The notes under the pieces are model-generated. The model had not been told where the DNA came from. It saw only the letters and a list, made by a program, of their open reading frames with translations, and made no database searches. A DNA stretch of 64,000 nucleotides from Azolla caroliniana. Taxonomy: Eukaryota > Plantae > Polypodiophyta. A program made the translations under genes and the position numbers. The stretch lies in contig JBHGNT010000004.1 in NCBI GenBank assembly GCA_043228905.1, positions 12,710,001 through 12,774,000 on the forward strand. The letters run 5' to 3'. Within the stretch, counting starts at the first letter, position 1, and each line of letters starts with the position of its first letter. Below are positions 1 through 12,400 of this stretch, piece after piece.

Positions 1-1683
1 AGCAATTCCGTTATGGTTTACACAACGACGTCAAGGATTTACTCTTGACCTTCCTCGAAGAGCCAAAGTCCTTAATAGAAGCAATCAGTCGCGCGGTGAG
101 ATGTGACAACCGCCTCTTTGAGCGACGTTCGGAACGACAACAACAGATGCCGAGGGCAAGATCAGAGCCCACCTATGCCTCAGTGGTAGCAAGACCTTTT
201 CCGAGGGAGTCATATAATGCGCCTCTAGCGAATACTCCGACTCCGATGGAGATTAACACTACACGTCGTCGAGGGCCATTATCTAAAGAAGAAAAGTAGC
301 GACGCCATACAAATCGACTGTCTATATTGCGGTGGACAAGGACATATTGCAATAAATTGCCCCCATAGGCCAAGAAGACAGGTAAACCAAATAGTCGCTA
401 GTTCTAATTGTACTAAACCCGAGCCTATTTCAGTAGGGATATCTGATAGTCCTAATAGTAATAATAGCCCAGATCTAGCGAACAAATTTGATGTCCTTAG
501 TCAGTTAGAAGAAGAGTTAAACGACTAAGTCCAGCCAAAATAGGAGCCATTTGGTTGGACAGCCCTAGATCTGTGCAGCCCATTAGTGGTTCCATTTCCT
601 CTAAGCAAGTTAGTGATGTGTTCGTAGCTCAAGTAATAGTTAGTACTAAAAGTACCCCTCCAGAACATGTCCTAGCACTCCTAGATTCCGGAGCTAACTC
701 TTGATTTATGGGTAAGAAATTTGCTCAAGCTCATAAGATATCTCTAAGAAAACTCCAGTGTCCAGCTTCTGTAGTAGTCATTGATGGACGTCTCATTGCT
801 TCCGGAAATATCATAGAAGAGTCAGAGCCCATTAATATTGTCCTAGATAACTTAGCAGGTGTAGTATCTGGAAAACCCTAGATCTGTGCAGCCCATTAGT
901 GGTTCCATTTCCTCTAAGCAAGTTAGTGATGTGTTCGTAGCCCAAGTAATAGTTAGTACTAAAAGTACCCCTCCAGTACATGTCCTAGCACTCCTAGATT
1001 CCGGAGCTAACTCTTGATTTATGGATAAGAAATTTTCTCAAGCTCATAAGATATCTCTAAGAAAACTCTAGTGTCCAGCTTCTGTAGTAGTCATTGATGG
1101 ACGTCTCATTGCTTCCGGAAATATCATAGAAGAGTCAGAGCCCATTAATATTGTCCTACATAACTTAGCATGTGTAGTATCTGGACAACCCTAGATCTGT
1201 GCAGCCCATTAGTGGTTCCATTTCCTCTAAGCAAGTTAGTGATGTGTTCGTAGCCCAAGTAATAGTTAGTACTAAAAGTACCCCTCCAGAACATGTCCTA
1301 GCACTCCTAGATTCCGGAGCTAACTCTTGATTTATGGATAAGAAATTTTCTCAAGCTCATAAGATATCTCTAAGAAAACTCCAGTGTCCAGCTTCTGTAG
1401 TAGTCATTGATGGACGTCTCATTGCTTCCGGAAATATCATAGAAGAGTCAGAGCCCATTAATATTGTCCTAGATAACTTAGCATGTGTAGTATCTGGACA
1501 ACCCTAGATCTGTGCAGCCCATTAGTGGTTCCATTTCCTCTAAGCAAGTTAGTGATGTGTTCGTAGCCCAAGTAATAGTTAGTACTAAAAGTACCCCTCC
1601 AGAACATGTCCTAGCACTCCTAGATTCCGGAGCTAACTCTTGATTTATGGATAAGAAATTTGCTCAAGCTCATAAGATATCTC
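1..1683 (+). mobile_element. Ty3/gypsy chromovirus (Tcn1-like) gag-protease remnant
   Basis: Gag motif TPMEINTTRRRGPLSKEEK, CCHC knuckle (CLYCGGQGHIAINC) and protease motif ALLDSGANS, with stops. Protease continues in the element at 46375-50269. Confidence 0.8.
563..1683 (+). repeat. 313-bp tandem repeat, ~3.6 copies, of the protease-coding segment
   Basis: CCCTAGATCTGTGCAGCCC starts at 563, 876, 1189 and 1502. The units are near-identical. Confidence 0.95.
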
Positions 1684-4666
1684 CCGAGTTGGCTATTTAC
1701 ACGATTTCAGTTTCTCATCAACTCGGCTCCTGTTTTCCGACTCTTTGATTGTCGGCTTTCCGAACAGTCGGATCATCCTCCCACTAGAGGGATATATTCC
1801 CAACAAACTCCCCCTTCACTCCTGTGGGGGGGAAGTCTATTAGTCCTTTATTTTGTTGACAGACTTCGAGTGTGTCCATAGGTAGGTTCTTCGTCAGCAT
1901 GTTGGATCCATTGTTGTCGGTATGGATCTTCACAAGAGAAAACTCTCCATCTTCGACTCTCTCCCACAATCAGTGATACCTTCTCTGTATGTGCTTGGTC
2001 CGGGAGTGGTATGTCGCGTTTTTGGCTAGGTGTATGGCGCTTTTGTTGTCACAGTAAAGCAATAACTCCTTTTGCTTCATGCCTAGTTCGGTGAGAAAAT
2101 TTCTCATCCAGATCAGCTCTTTTCCGGCTTCTACCGCTGCCATATACTCTGCCTCTGTAGTCGATAAGGCTATAGACTTTTGCTGTGGTGACTGCCACGA
2201 CACTGCTCCCCCTGCATAGGTCATCACGTACCCTGACGTGGATCGGCTCGAGTCGACATCTCCTAACATGTCTGAATTGGTAAAACCTTCAAGCACAGGT
2301 TTTCTGACACCATACCTTAGACACAGCCCTGAGGTGCCCTTTAAGTACCTGAGTATCCATGTCACTGCTGCTTAGTGTTCTCTCCCTGGATTACTCATAT
2401 ATCGGCTTATTGCTCCCACAGAAAATGCTATGTCTGGTCTTGTATAGACCATAGCATACATTAGACTACCGATGGCCGAGGCATATGGTACCTTTTTCTT
2501 CTCAGCCTTTTCCTTCTGCCCTTTCGGACATTGCTTCGCATTCAATTTGCAATTTGTCGACAACACGGAGCCGACCGGCTTTGCATCTGACATGTTGAAT
2601 CTCTCTAGGATCTTCGTCATATACTTCTGTTGTGATAACCAGAGTGCCTTCCGAGCTCTGTCTCAGGTTATGTGCATTCCTAGGATTTGCTTTGCCGGTC
2701 CATGGTCTTTCATGGCAAATGATTTATCGAGAGCTTTCTTCAAGCTTCCAATCTTCCTTGTGTCTTGACCGACTATCAACATATCATCAACATATAGCAA
2801 GAGAATCAAGAAATCTCCTTCTTCGTACCTTTTGACGAATACAAAGTGATCGGCCTGTGTTTTCTGGAATCGATGTTCCACCATGAACGACTCGAATTTC
2901 TTGTACCATTGGCGTGGAGCCTTTTTTAATCCGTACAAGCTTTTCCTCAGTCGACAGATCAGATTCTCTTTCCCTTTCTCCTCAAAACCTTCGGTTTGCT
3001 GCATGTAGATTTCTTCGTCCAACTCCCCATATAGAAATGCGGTTTTGACATCCAACTATTCGATCTCCAGGTCCATGTTGGCCGCTATGCTCAAAACAGT
3101 TCGTAGGGATGTCATCTTCACGACTGGTGCGGATATTTCGTCAAAGTCGACGCCCTTCCTCTGTTGGAAACCCTTAAGCACTATGCGATCTTTATAACTA
3201 GGCTCGATGTTGACTTCTCCAGTCTTCACCTTGTAGACCCACTTATTCCTGAGTGCTCTCTTACCTTTCGGCAGCTCTACTAGGTCGTAGGTGTAATTCG
3301 GGTGCAAAGATTCCATCTCCTCTTGCATCGCGTTCAACAATTTTTCTCTGCTCTCGTTGGCAATGGCTTCTTCATAGCACTCTGGTTCACCGTCATCAGT
3401 GAAGAGGATTTATTGACTGACATATGTAATTGGTGCCTTCCTTTCTCTGAGTGGGTACCTTCGTCCACTCGCTGTTGGCTCTTTTCCGGATGTCTCTTCC
3501 AACTCTTCTCTTTGCTCAGGATTCTGCTCATCAATCGGCATCTCTAGGTTGGACAACTCCAACTCATATTCCTCAATTGATTTTAGTAGGTCTGCCGACT
3601 CTGACTCATAGTCTGTCGGTCTTTCCAAGTCAACCGACTCGGATTCTACTCTGTCATCCAGCTGTCTCCTTACAACTGTCGGTGACGACTCACTTGGCCT
3701 TAAGACGATGGTAGTCGAGGTTGGCTGGGGAGTCGGTTCCAACTTCTGTTGCTTCCAGTCTTCAATTATCTTCTCTTCTAGAAAGACTACATCCCGACTT
3801 CTCACTACCTTCTTGTCGACTAAGTCCCACAATCTGTAGCCGAACTCATCTTCCGAGTATCCCATGAATATGCATGCTTTCGAGTTGCTGCCGAGCTTTG
3901 ACCTCTGATCCTTTGGTACATGCATATACGCCAAACATCCAAACACCCTCAGGTGTTGGTAAGAGACATCCTTCCCTGTCCACACCCTCTGTGGGACATC
4001 ACCCTTTAATGGCACTGAGGGAGACCTGTTGATCAGATAAACAACTGTGTACAACGCCTCAACGCAATAGGATTTCAGCAATTTCACATAAGAGAGCATG
4101 CTCCTTACTCTCTCCATGATTGTTTGATTCATCCGAATACCTTGGCAGTGTGTATTCGATCCGAATACCTTGGCACTTGCAGTATTCTTCGAACTGCCCT
4201 TTGTACTCGCCACCATTGTTGGTTCAGACAACCTTCAGTTTCCGACCCGACTCTCTTTCGGTTCTTACCTGGAACTCCTTGAAAACCGACAGTACTTGAT
4301 TCGTCGTCTTCAGTACGAAGGCCCATGTCTTCTGACTATGGTCGTCAATGAATGTCACGAAGTACTGTCCTCCTCGATGTGATGGGGCATCCACAAAGCA
4401 CACATCTGTGTGCACAAGTTCCAGTGTAGCTTCTCTTCTCCTCGGTGGTCTCGAGTGGAATGCCGCCCTGTTCTGCTTTCTGGCTAAGCAGGTGACACAC
4501 TTCTCCAAGTGTACTCCCTTGACTTTTGGCAGAAGTTTCTGGTCAGCTAACAGGTGCATTCCCTTCTTACTCATGTGGCCTAGCCTCTTATGCCATATCT
4601 CCCGTGCCGAGTCAGCTGCCACGTTTACTTCCAATTTGCATAGTCGGGCATGCATCATGTACAATG
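1684..4666 (-). mobile_element. Ty1/copia fragment (INT-RT-RNaseH, PPT, partial 3' LTR), family A/D
   Basis: ORF pieces with WHKRLGH, YVDDMLIVG and SRTKHIQRRYH. PPT TGAAGGGGGAG (minus, ~1808-1819) is followed by TGTTGG at 1805. Confidence 0.92.
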
Positions 4667-7274
4667 AACCGGACCATAATGGAGAGGGTCCGGAGTATGC
4701 TAGCACATGCAAAACTACCCAAGAAGTTTTGGGCTGAGGCACTGTCGACAGCGACATACATGATAAACAGATCACCCTCAGTACCCTTGGACGGAGACAC
4801 GCCACAGAGAGTCTGGACCGGTAAGGAAGTGTCCTACCGGCATCTGAAGGTGTTCGGGTGTCTCGCGTACGTGCATGTAGCTAAGGACCGGAGAGGAAAG
4901 TTAGATCCAAAGACCCGGCCATGCATATTCCTCGGTTACGGTGACAATGAGTTTGGCTACCCGGTCGACAAGAAGGTATTCCGGAGTCGAGATATTATCT
5001 TCATGGAGGACAAGACGCTCACCGACTGGGAGTCGGAGAAGAAGATAACGAACTCCGAGTCGACCGGTAAGGATTGACTCTACGATGAGCAGACCCAACC
5101 GGCAAGAGACCGGTTAGCACTCGAGGGACCAGCCGGCTACGGTGAGGATACCGAACAGGCTGAAGAAGAAGTAGAGGAAGCTGAATCTGGAACCGGCCAA
5201 GACCCCGAATCGGATTCGGATGAAGAGCAAATGGAGGAGCCGGTTACCAAAGCCCGAAGACGAAGATATCCTCTCAGAGAGAGAAGGGCGCCCCGGAGAT
5301 TTCCGGATGCAGAGCATGTTCTACTGACCGATGAGGGGGAGCCGGAAAGCTTCGAAGAAGCGAAGGATGACACCCACAGCCGAAAATGGTTAAGTGCCAT
5401 GCAGGACGAGATGGATTCCCTGCATAAGAACCATACGTACGAATTGGTGGAGTTGCCGAAAGGAAAGCGGGCACTCCGAAACAAGTGGGTGTACAAGTTG
5501 AAACCGGGAGATGCCGGCAACCCCCCGAGATACAAAGCCAGGATCGTGGTGAAGGGGTTCCAACAGAAGAAGGGCATGGACTTCGACGAGATATTTGCCC
5601 CGGTAGTAAAGATGACCTCCATCCGGACGGTGATGAGTATAGCGGCAAGCATGGACCTCGAGGTAGAGCAGCTAGACGTGAAGACGACATTCCTTCACGG
5701 TGACCTCGAAGAGGAGATCTACATGCAGCAACCGGAAGGATTCGTGGAGAAAGGAAAGGAGCACCTGGTTTGCCGGTTGAAGAAGAGCCTCTTCGGGTTG
5801 AAGCAGGCCCCCCGACAATGGTATCGGAAGTTCGAGTCCTTCATGACCGATCAAGGGTACCACAAGACGCAGGCCGATCACTGCGTGTTTGTCAAGAAGT
5901 TCGAAGGAGGCGACTTCCTGATACTCCTTCTGTACGTGGATGACATGTTGATCGTCAGACGGGACCAAATCAAAATACGGATGCTGAAGAAGGCCCTCAA
6001 CCGGACCTTCTCAATGAAAGACTTGGGTCCAGCAAGACAGATGATGGGGATGCATATTATCCGGAACCGGTCAATGAAGAAATTGTGGCTGTCATAGGAG
6101 AAGTACGTGACAAAGGTGCTTCACTGGTTCAACATGTCAGATGCGAAACCGGTCGGATCGACACTTCCGGCAAACTGTAGGTTATCCGGTAAGCAAAGAC
6201 CGAAGACGAAAGCAGAGAAGGCGGATATGATGAAGATTCCATATGCCTCTGCCGTCGGGAGCTTAATGCACGCAATGGTGTGTACCCGACCGGATATAGG
6301 ATACGCAGTCAGAGTGGTGAGCCAGTTTATGAGCAAACCCGGCAAGGAGCACTGGAACGCGGTCAAGTGGATACTCCGTTACTTGAAGGGCACTTCCCAT
6401 ATGTTTCTCCGATTCGTCTCCGAAAAACCTCAACTTGACGGTTTTACCGATTCGAACATGTCGGCTGATGTGGATACCAGTCGGTCCACATCCGGGTATG
6501 TAATGACATATGCAGGGGGAGCTGTTTCGTGGCAGTCGAGGCTGCAGAAGACGGTTGCGTTGTCAACCACGGAGGCGGAGTACATGGCGGCTGTGGAAGC
6601 CGGCAAGGAAATATTATGGATGAAGGACTTCATCGAAGAGCTCGGTATCCGGCAAGATGAATACCGGTTCTATTGCGACAGTCAAAGTGCCATCCACCTT
6701 GCTAAGAATGCGGCCTACCATTCCCGAACGAAGCATATCCAACGAAGGTATCACTGGATCCGGGAAAGAATAGCTGACCAGGAGTTCGCGCTGATGAAGA
6801 TCCACACGGCTGAGAACGGGTCAGATATGCTGACCAAAGCGTTGAAACCCGACAAGCTGGAGGCATGCCGGAAGAGAATCAGACTAGTAAGACACCCCAT
6901 GCCGGAGTGAAGGGGGACTTTGTTGGGAGACAGGTCCCTCCGGATGAGGAGTACCCGGCTATGGAGAACCGGATGGTGCAGACCCGGTGAGAACCGGATG
7001 AGGAGTACCCGGCTACGGAGAGCCGTATGGTGCAGACCCGGTGAGAACCGAATGAGGAGTACCCGGTTACGGAGAGCCGGATGGTGCAGAACCGGTGAGG
7101 AGTGCTCTCCGGATGAAGATACATATTCGTAAATATGTCTATGAGAGTCCATCGTGGCTATATTTGTATATAGCCGAAAAGTCATATTAGTATAAATATG
7201 ACTTAGGGAAAACCTTTTGAGGTACTTGTTGTCATTTCTTGTTGGTGTAAGAAAAGAGAGAGCGCGTAACTGTG

Positions 7275-7313
<39 letters not shown>

Positions 7314-7580
7314 GTCGTTGCCTCTGTTGTAACCGCCGCCTGTGGCGAAGATCGTGAGCACGAGGTCGTTGCCTCCGTGAACTCACTGTTGTACATTCTA
7401 GCATAGTGATAGTTTGCAGTCTGTGGGCTGCCGTGGTTTCTCCCTCTTTGGGTTTTCCACGTAAACATCCTGTGTACTCTTCTCTTCTTTGTGTCGTGCT
7501 TTTATTTCCCGTTTTTCTGTCTATGATTCTAAGCTCGGTTGTGGCCGAGCGTTGCGTATAAGGAATGAGAGTTCCCGTCA
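4664..7580 (+). mobile_element. 5'-truncated Ty1/copia, family B (INT C-term, RT, RNaseH, 3' LTR)
   Basis: ORFs 5231-6097 and 6107-6910 (RT YVDD, RNaseH). PPT at 6909-6917. Highly similar to the element at 33031-38475. Confidence 0.93.
6921..7580 (+). repeat. Copia family B 3' LTR with three 54-bp U3 repeats and an (AG)n tract
   Basis: TGTTGGG...CCCGTCA. Similar to the reverse complement of 33031-33727. Confidence 0.9.
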
Positions 7581-9443
7581 CGACTGAGTCAGAACGACTT
7601 GTCGAATGTCGAGCCGACGAGTAGTGGAAACTCAGCCATGCTCTTCCCGCGTAAGGGACCGAGGAGATGGTTCACGTGCAAAGAGAAGGGGAAGAAGGAG
7701 ATGCCGGATTATGACACCAACATAGATGAGTTAGATCATAGCGAATTTGACTCTGGATAAAACGAAGACGGAACTTCAGAGATGAAGTTCAAGCCGCCAA
7801 GAGGCCTTGAAATGGGGCAACGAGAAGTTACGCTGATCGATCTGTGAAAAGAACCTCGTCAAATGGTATGGGTATAATGAGTACATGGTGCATCACTATG
7901 CATACATGATGAAAGTGGCCGAAGTATGTGAGCCAGAGAGCTACACAGAAGCGACGAATGATGTAAATTGGCATGCCGAAATGGAGGAAGAAATGCAGGC
8001 ACTCGATGCCAATGACACATGGGACCTGGTTGACCCTCCCCAACAGTGCAAACCGATTGGTTGCAAGTGGGTATACAAGGTAAAGTATAATGCTGACGGT
8101 TCGGTCAACCGGTACAAGGCTCGGTTAGTGGAGAAGGGATACGCACAGAAGAAAAGAGCATGCCCAAGTTCTACTGGGTTGAGGCGATCCGGACGACCAT
8201 GTACATCGAAAACTAGATTGGGGATAAAGTGTCAGCACACGAACTATATTTCGGGCAGAATCCGAATTAGGCACCTTAAGATATTCAGCATCATAACGTA
8301 TGTGCATGTGCCAAATAATAAGTGGAGGAAGCTGGACTCGAAGTTGGAGAAGTGCATACTAGTCGGCTACTCACACGAATAGAAGGGTTATAAGTGTTAT
8401 AACCCCCGAATTTATTTTTTTTGAGTAAACAGAGATGTCGAGTTTGATGAATCGGCATCCTAGTACTCTCTACCGATTCTGACTGCCCACTCTGACCCAA
8501 TTCTAGAAGATGAGGCCAGTGAGCTGGAAATAATCCGGGCAGAAGAAGAAAAAGAAGACTTCAGTACTCTGGAAGAGAGTCTGATTTCATTTCGACTGAG
8601 CGGGACGAACGAGCAACTGAGTCAGAACGACCAGTGTGATGTCGAGCCGACGAGTGGTGGAGATTGGGTCGTGCTCTCCCTGCGTAAGGATTCGAGGAGA
8701 CGGTTCACGTGCAGAGAAGGGGAAGAAGAAGATGCTAGAGTACAACACCGACAGAGATGAGTCAGATCAGAGCGAATCCGACTCCTAACAGAACGAAGAT
8801 GAACCTTCGGAGACGAAGTTCAAGCTGCCAAGAGGCCTTGAAATGGGGCAACGAGAAGTTACGCCGATCGACCTGTGAAAAGAACCTCGTCAAATGGTAT
8901 GGATATAATGAGTACATGGTGCAGCACTATGCATACATGACGAAAGTGGCCGAAATATGTGAGCCAGATAGCTACGCAGAAGCGGCGAATGATGTAAATT
9001 GGCATGCCGCAATGGAGGAAGAAATGTAGGCACTCGATGCCAACGACACATGGGATCTGGTTGACCCTCCCCAACAGTGCAAACCGATTGGTTGCAAGTG
9101 GGTATACAAGGTAAAGTATAATGCTAACGGTTCGGTCAACTGGTACAAGGCCCGATTAGTGGCGAAGAGATATGCATAGACCCATCGAATCGATTACGAC
9201 GAGACCTTCGCTCTGGTAGCGAAGATGACGACGGTTCGTGTGGTGTTGTTGCTGCATCAAGGGGGTAGCATGATCCAATCCCCTAGTTTTTAGTTGAAGA
9301 TGAACAAGTTGGCACTGTACCGACTCAAGAAGTCACTCTACGGCCTAAAGCAAACTCCCCTAGCTTGGAATATGAAAATCACACACCGATTGCGTAAGAT
9401 GGGGTTTGTGGCCTCGATGTTCGACTCTTCGTTGTTCATCCGT
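7581..9443 (+). mobile_element. Degenerate copia INT/RT fragments with a ~1.03-kb internal tandem duplication
   Basis: EPESYxEA...[12 protein letters not shown] occurs twice (~7930 and ~8960). Related to the copia at 60316-64000. Confidence 0.85.
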
Positions 9444-12400
9444 TGTCGTGAAAATACGACGAGGATACGTGAACGTTGAGGCAAGACCCAGGGGCCTTTG
9501 ACTAGAGGATATCAAATTCATGTATTTATGTACTAAGAATTAACCGAAATGAGAAAGATTAACAAATTTCATTAACAAGTAGAAAGAAAGATTACAATTA
9601 ATCCCAAGATTGGGATTACAAAAAGTTTGCTAATGGAGATGGCTAGAGTAATAGATTAGAAGAAATGAGATATGGATTTAATTAGAATATTAGGGTTTTT
9701 GGATTTGATGGAAAAATTAGGGGTTGCTTGCATCCACATGGCCTTTACTTTAGTTCTCTTCACATTACTTTAGTTTGTTGAATGATCCAATCTGCCGTCC
9801 ATCCGTGTCCAACCTCGTCCGGTAGCCGGTTCTGCCCGATCTCTGAATCCCTCGCCGGCCGTTTCCATTTTGCTTGCCGGCCGGTTCTAGTTTGCTTGCC
9901 GATTCCGGTTCCGATTTTGCTTGCCGGACGGTTCTGGTTCCGGTGTCGTGAAGATCTGTCACTAGGCGCGGATCGCGAGGCGGAACCGCCAGGGTTCTGG
10001 ACCGGAAGGATCGAAGTTCGCACCAAGCTTAGCGAGAAAGTATTTAGGATAGATTGAGAGAGAGAAAGAGATTAAGATTAAACGCTTGACCTAGATTGAG
10101 AAAGATTGATATGGCCAAGAGAGAGATATTGAGATTAAGATTTTAACTCTTGATTTAAGAAACAAGATATATCATCAATGAATTTTCTTCTCATTAATTT
10201 CTTCGTTCATACATGGATCCTTAATACATTTTTCATCCATCCTTTTACATTCTAATTATTTTTACCTTTCAATTTTACATTCCTTTCCTACCAATCTATC
10301 TCTTGGGTCTCGCGTTGGTTCTCAACGCAACTGCCCAAGTCTCTAAATGGAGTGTCCTACATGGTTAACGCCACCGTCCATCTCTTGGGTCTCACGTTGC
10401 CACGTCGGCTTGAATTGCCCAAGTCTTCGGAACATGTGTGTTCCTCACATAGACACTCCTTTTACTTTCTTTTTTTTTACCTTTCAATTTTTACATTCGT
10501 TTCCTACCATCTATCTCTTCGGTCCCACGTTGGTTCTGAACGCAACTACCCAAGTCCTTAGATGGAGTGTCCTACATGGGTATCACCACCATCCATCTCT
10601 TGGGTCTCACTTTGGTTTTCTGCAATTGCCCAAGTATCTGGAACATGTGTGCTCCTCACATAGACACAGATAATAGCTTCTACTCTACCTTATATATGAT
10701 GAGAGCCGTATTTGTCGTGCCTATGTGGGATATCTCACAGTTTTCTCTTTTCCTTTCACAAACTTTATACCCTCATATCTTGATATATCTAGTTGTCCAT
10801 TTCTCGTGTAATAAAGTGCATTCAAAAGCTCTTGAAGACCTCCATCATTTTGTACTTAGATATTAAACTTATTTAAAATGTTATCTTCACTATTATTGTT
10901 TTATGTGAATCATACTCGATTTTGAACGTTTTATGTGATTTTCACACCATTGCCAAAAATCTTCACGACACCGGTTTCTTGCTGGTTCCGGTTCCGGTTT
11001 GCTTGCTGGTCGGTTTCCGATTTCCGGTTTAGCTTACCGACCGGTTTCTGCTTTCCGGTTTTGCATACTGGCCGGTTTCCGGTTTTGCATACCAACCGAT
11101 TTTCGGATTTGTATACCGGTTGGTTTTCGGATTTGCTTACTGGCCGGTTTCCGGTTTTTGGGAACTTGGCCACCATCATCCATCAAGACAAAGTGGCCAA
11201 AGTGCTCTTAGCACAAATGAAAAATGAGGGAGCTCAAGGTGCTTATATAGCCAGGGCCTTAAGTTTCCTATCTATGTGGGATAGTTCTAATTTCCCTATC
11301 TTCTCAAACTTCATTTTCACATAACTTGATATGTATTTCTCCATTTTGTATATAGTAAAATACGTTTTGAAGTTGTTGAGTATATCCATCTTTCTATAGT
11401 AAGCTACTACTCTAATCTATAATAATTATTTCATTATTTTTTTTACATAGTGTGTGAAGATTCGACGACATTCGCCCCCACCAAACTTGCACATCCACCA
11501 GTATGTGCCAATTTTGGTGAGGCTCCACTTTTGTTTACTATACTTTTTCATCGATGCTTAAGACTGAATCGTCAAAAGCTTCGAATCCAATTTCTATCTA
11601 TCTCTTCTCTTGAAGATCTTGATTCTTTTACCGACAATTGGCAAGGCAAGTGGTGTACCATCCAGTTCTACTAAATGATATGTTGCATTATCTTCCACTT
11701 TCTTCACCGCATATGGCCCAAACCATCGTTGTGAGAATTTTCGAGCCGTACTATGTTGTTTATCTAGGCTACTGTCATAGACTAGCACCCATTCTCCTTC
11801 AACGATTTTCCTCGGCCGAAGTTGATGTTGTTTATCGAAGTCTTTCTTGTTCTTTAACCTTGCATTCTTTAGTCGCGCTTTAGCCACCTCTATATCTTCC
11901 AAATTCCGCTCCAATTGTCGAATCCTCAATGCTAGAAGATCTTCTCTACTTATCTCATCTTGCCATGGCAATGCAAATCATGAAATAATACTTTGTTCTA
12001 CATGCATTATCGGCTTTTGTCCGAATATGAGCTCTGCTGGCATGTATCCCATCACCGTGCTATGAGTAGTCCTGTCAACCCATAGTGCAAATGGCAATAG
12101 ACGCGACCATTCTCCTATTTTCCCATGGCAAGCTTTCACTAGAGCCTTCACAATCGGTCCATGTCCACGTTCCACCTTCCCATTTGCTTCCGGATTATAT
12201 GCCATGGTAAGAGATAATTTGATTCCCATCCTCAAGAAGAATTCTCTAACTTCATTGGCGTCCAACTCACCTCTATCAGCCACTATCTTGCCGACGCATC
12301 CATATATGCAAATAACATCTTCAAGAAGGAATTTGCATACTGATGATGTTTTTTTAGTTCTTAATGCTCGCCCTTCAACTTGATTGGTGAGATCTTCTCT

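Noticed and set aside
6751-7581. 276-aa ORF and similar ORFs over LTRs (33415, 38109, 10935, 15628)
   Set aside because: Open only because of in-frame tandem repeats and microsatellites in LTRs.
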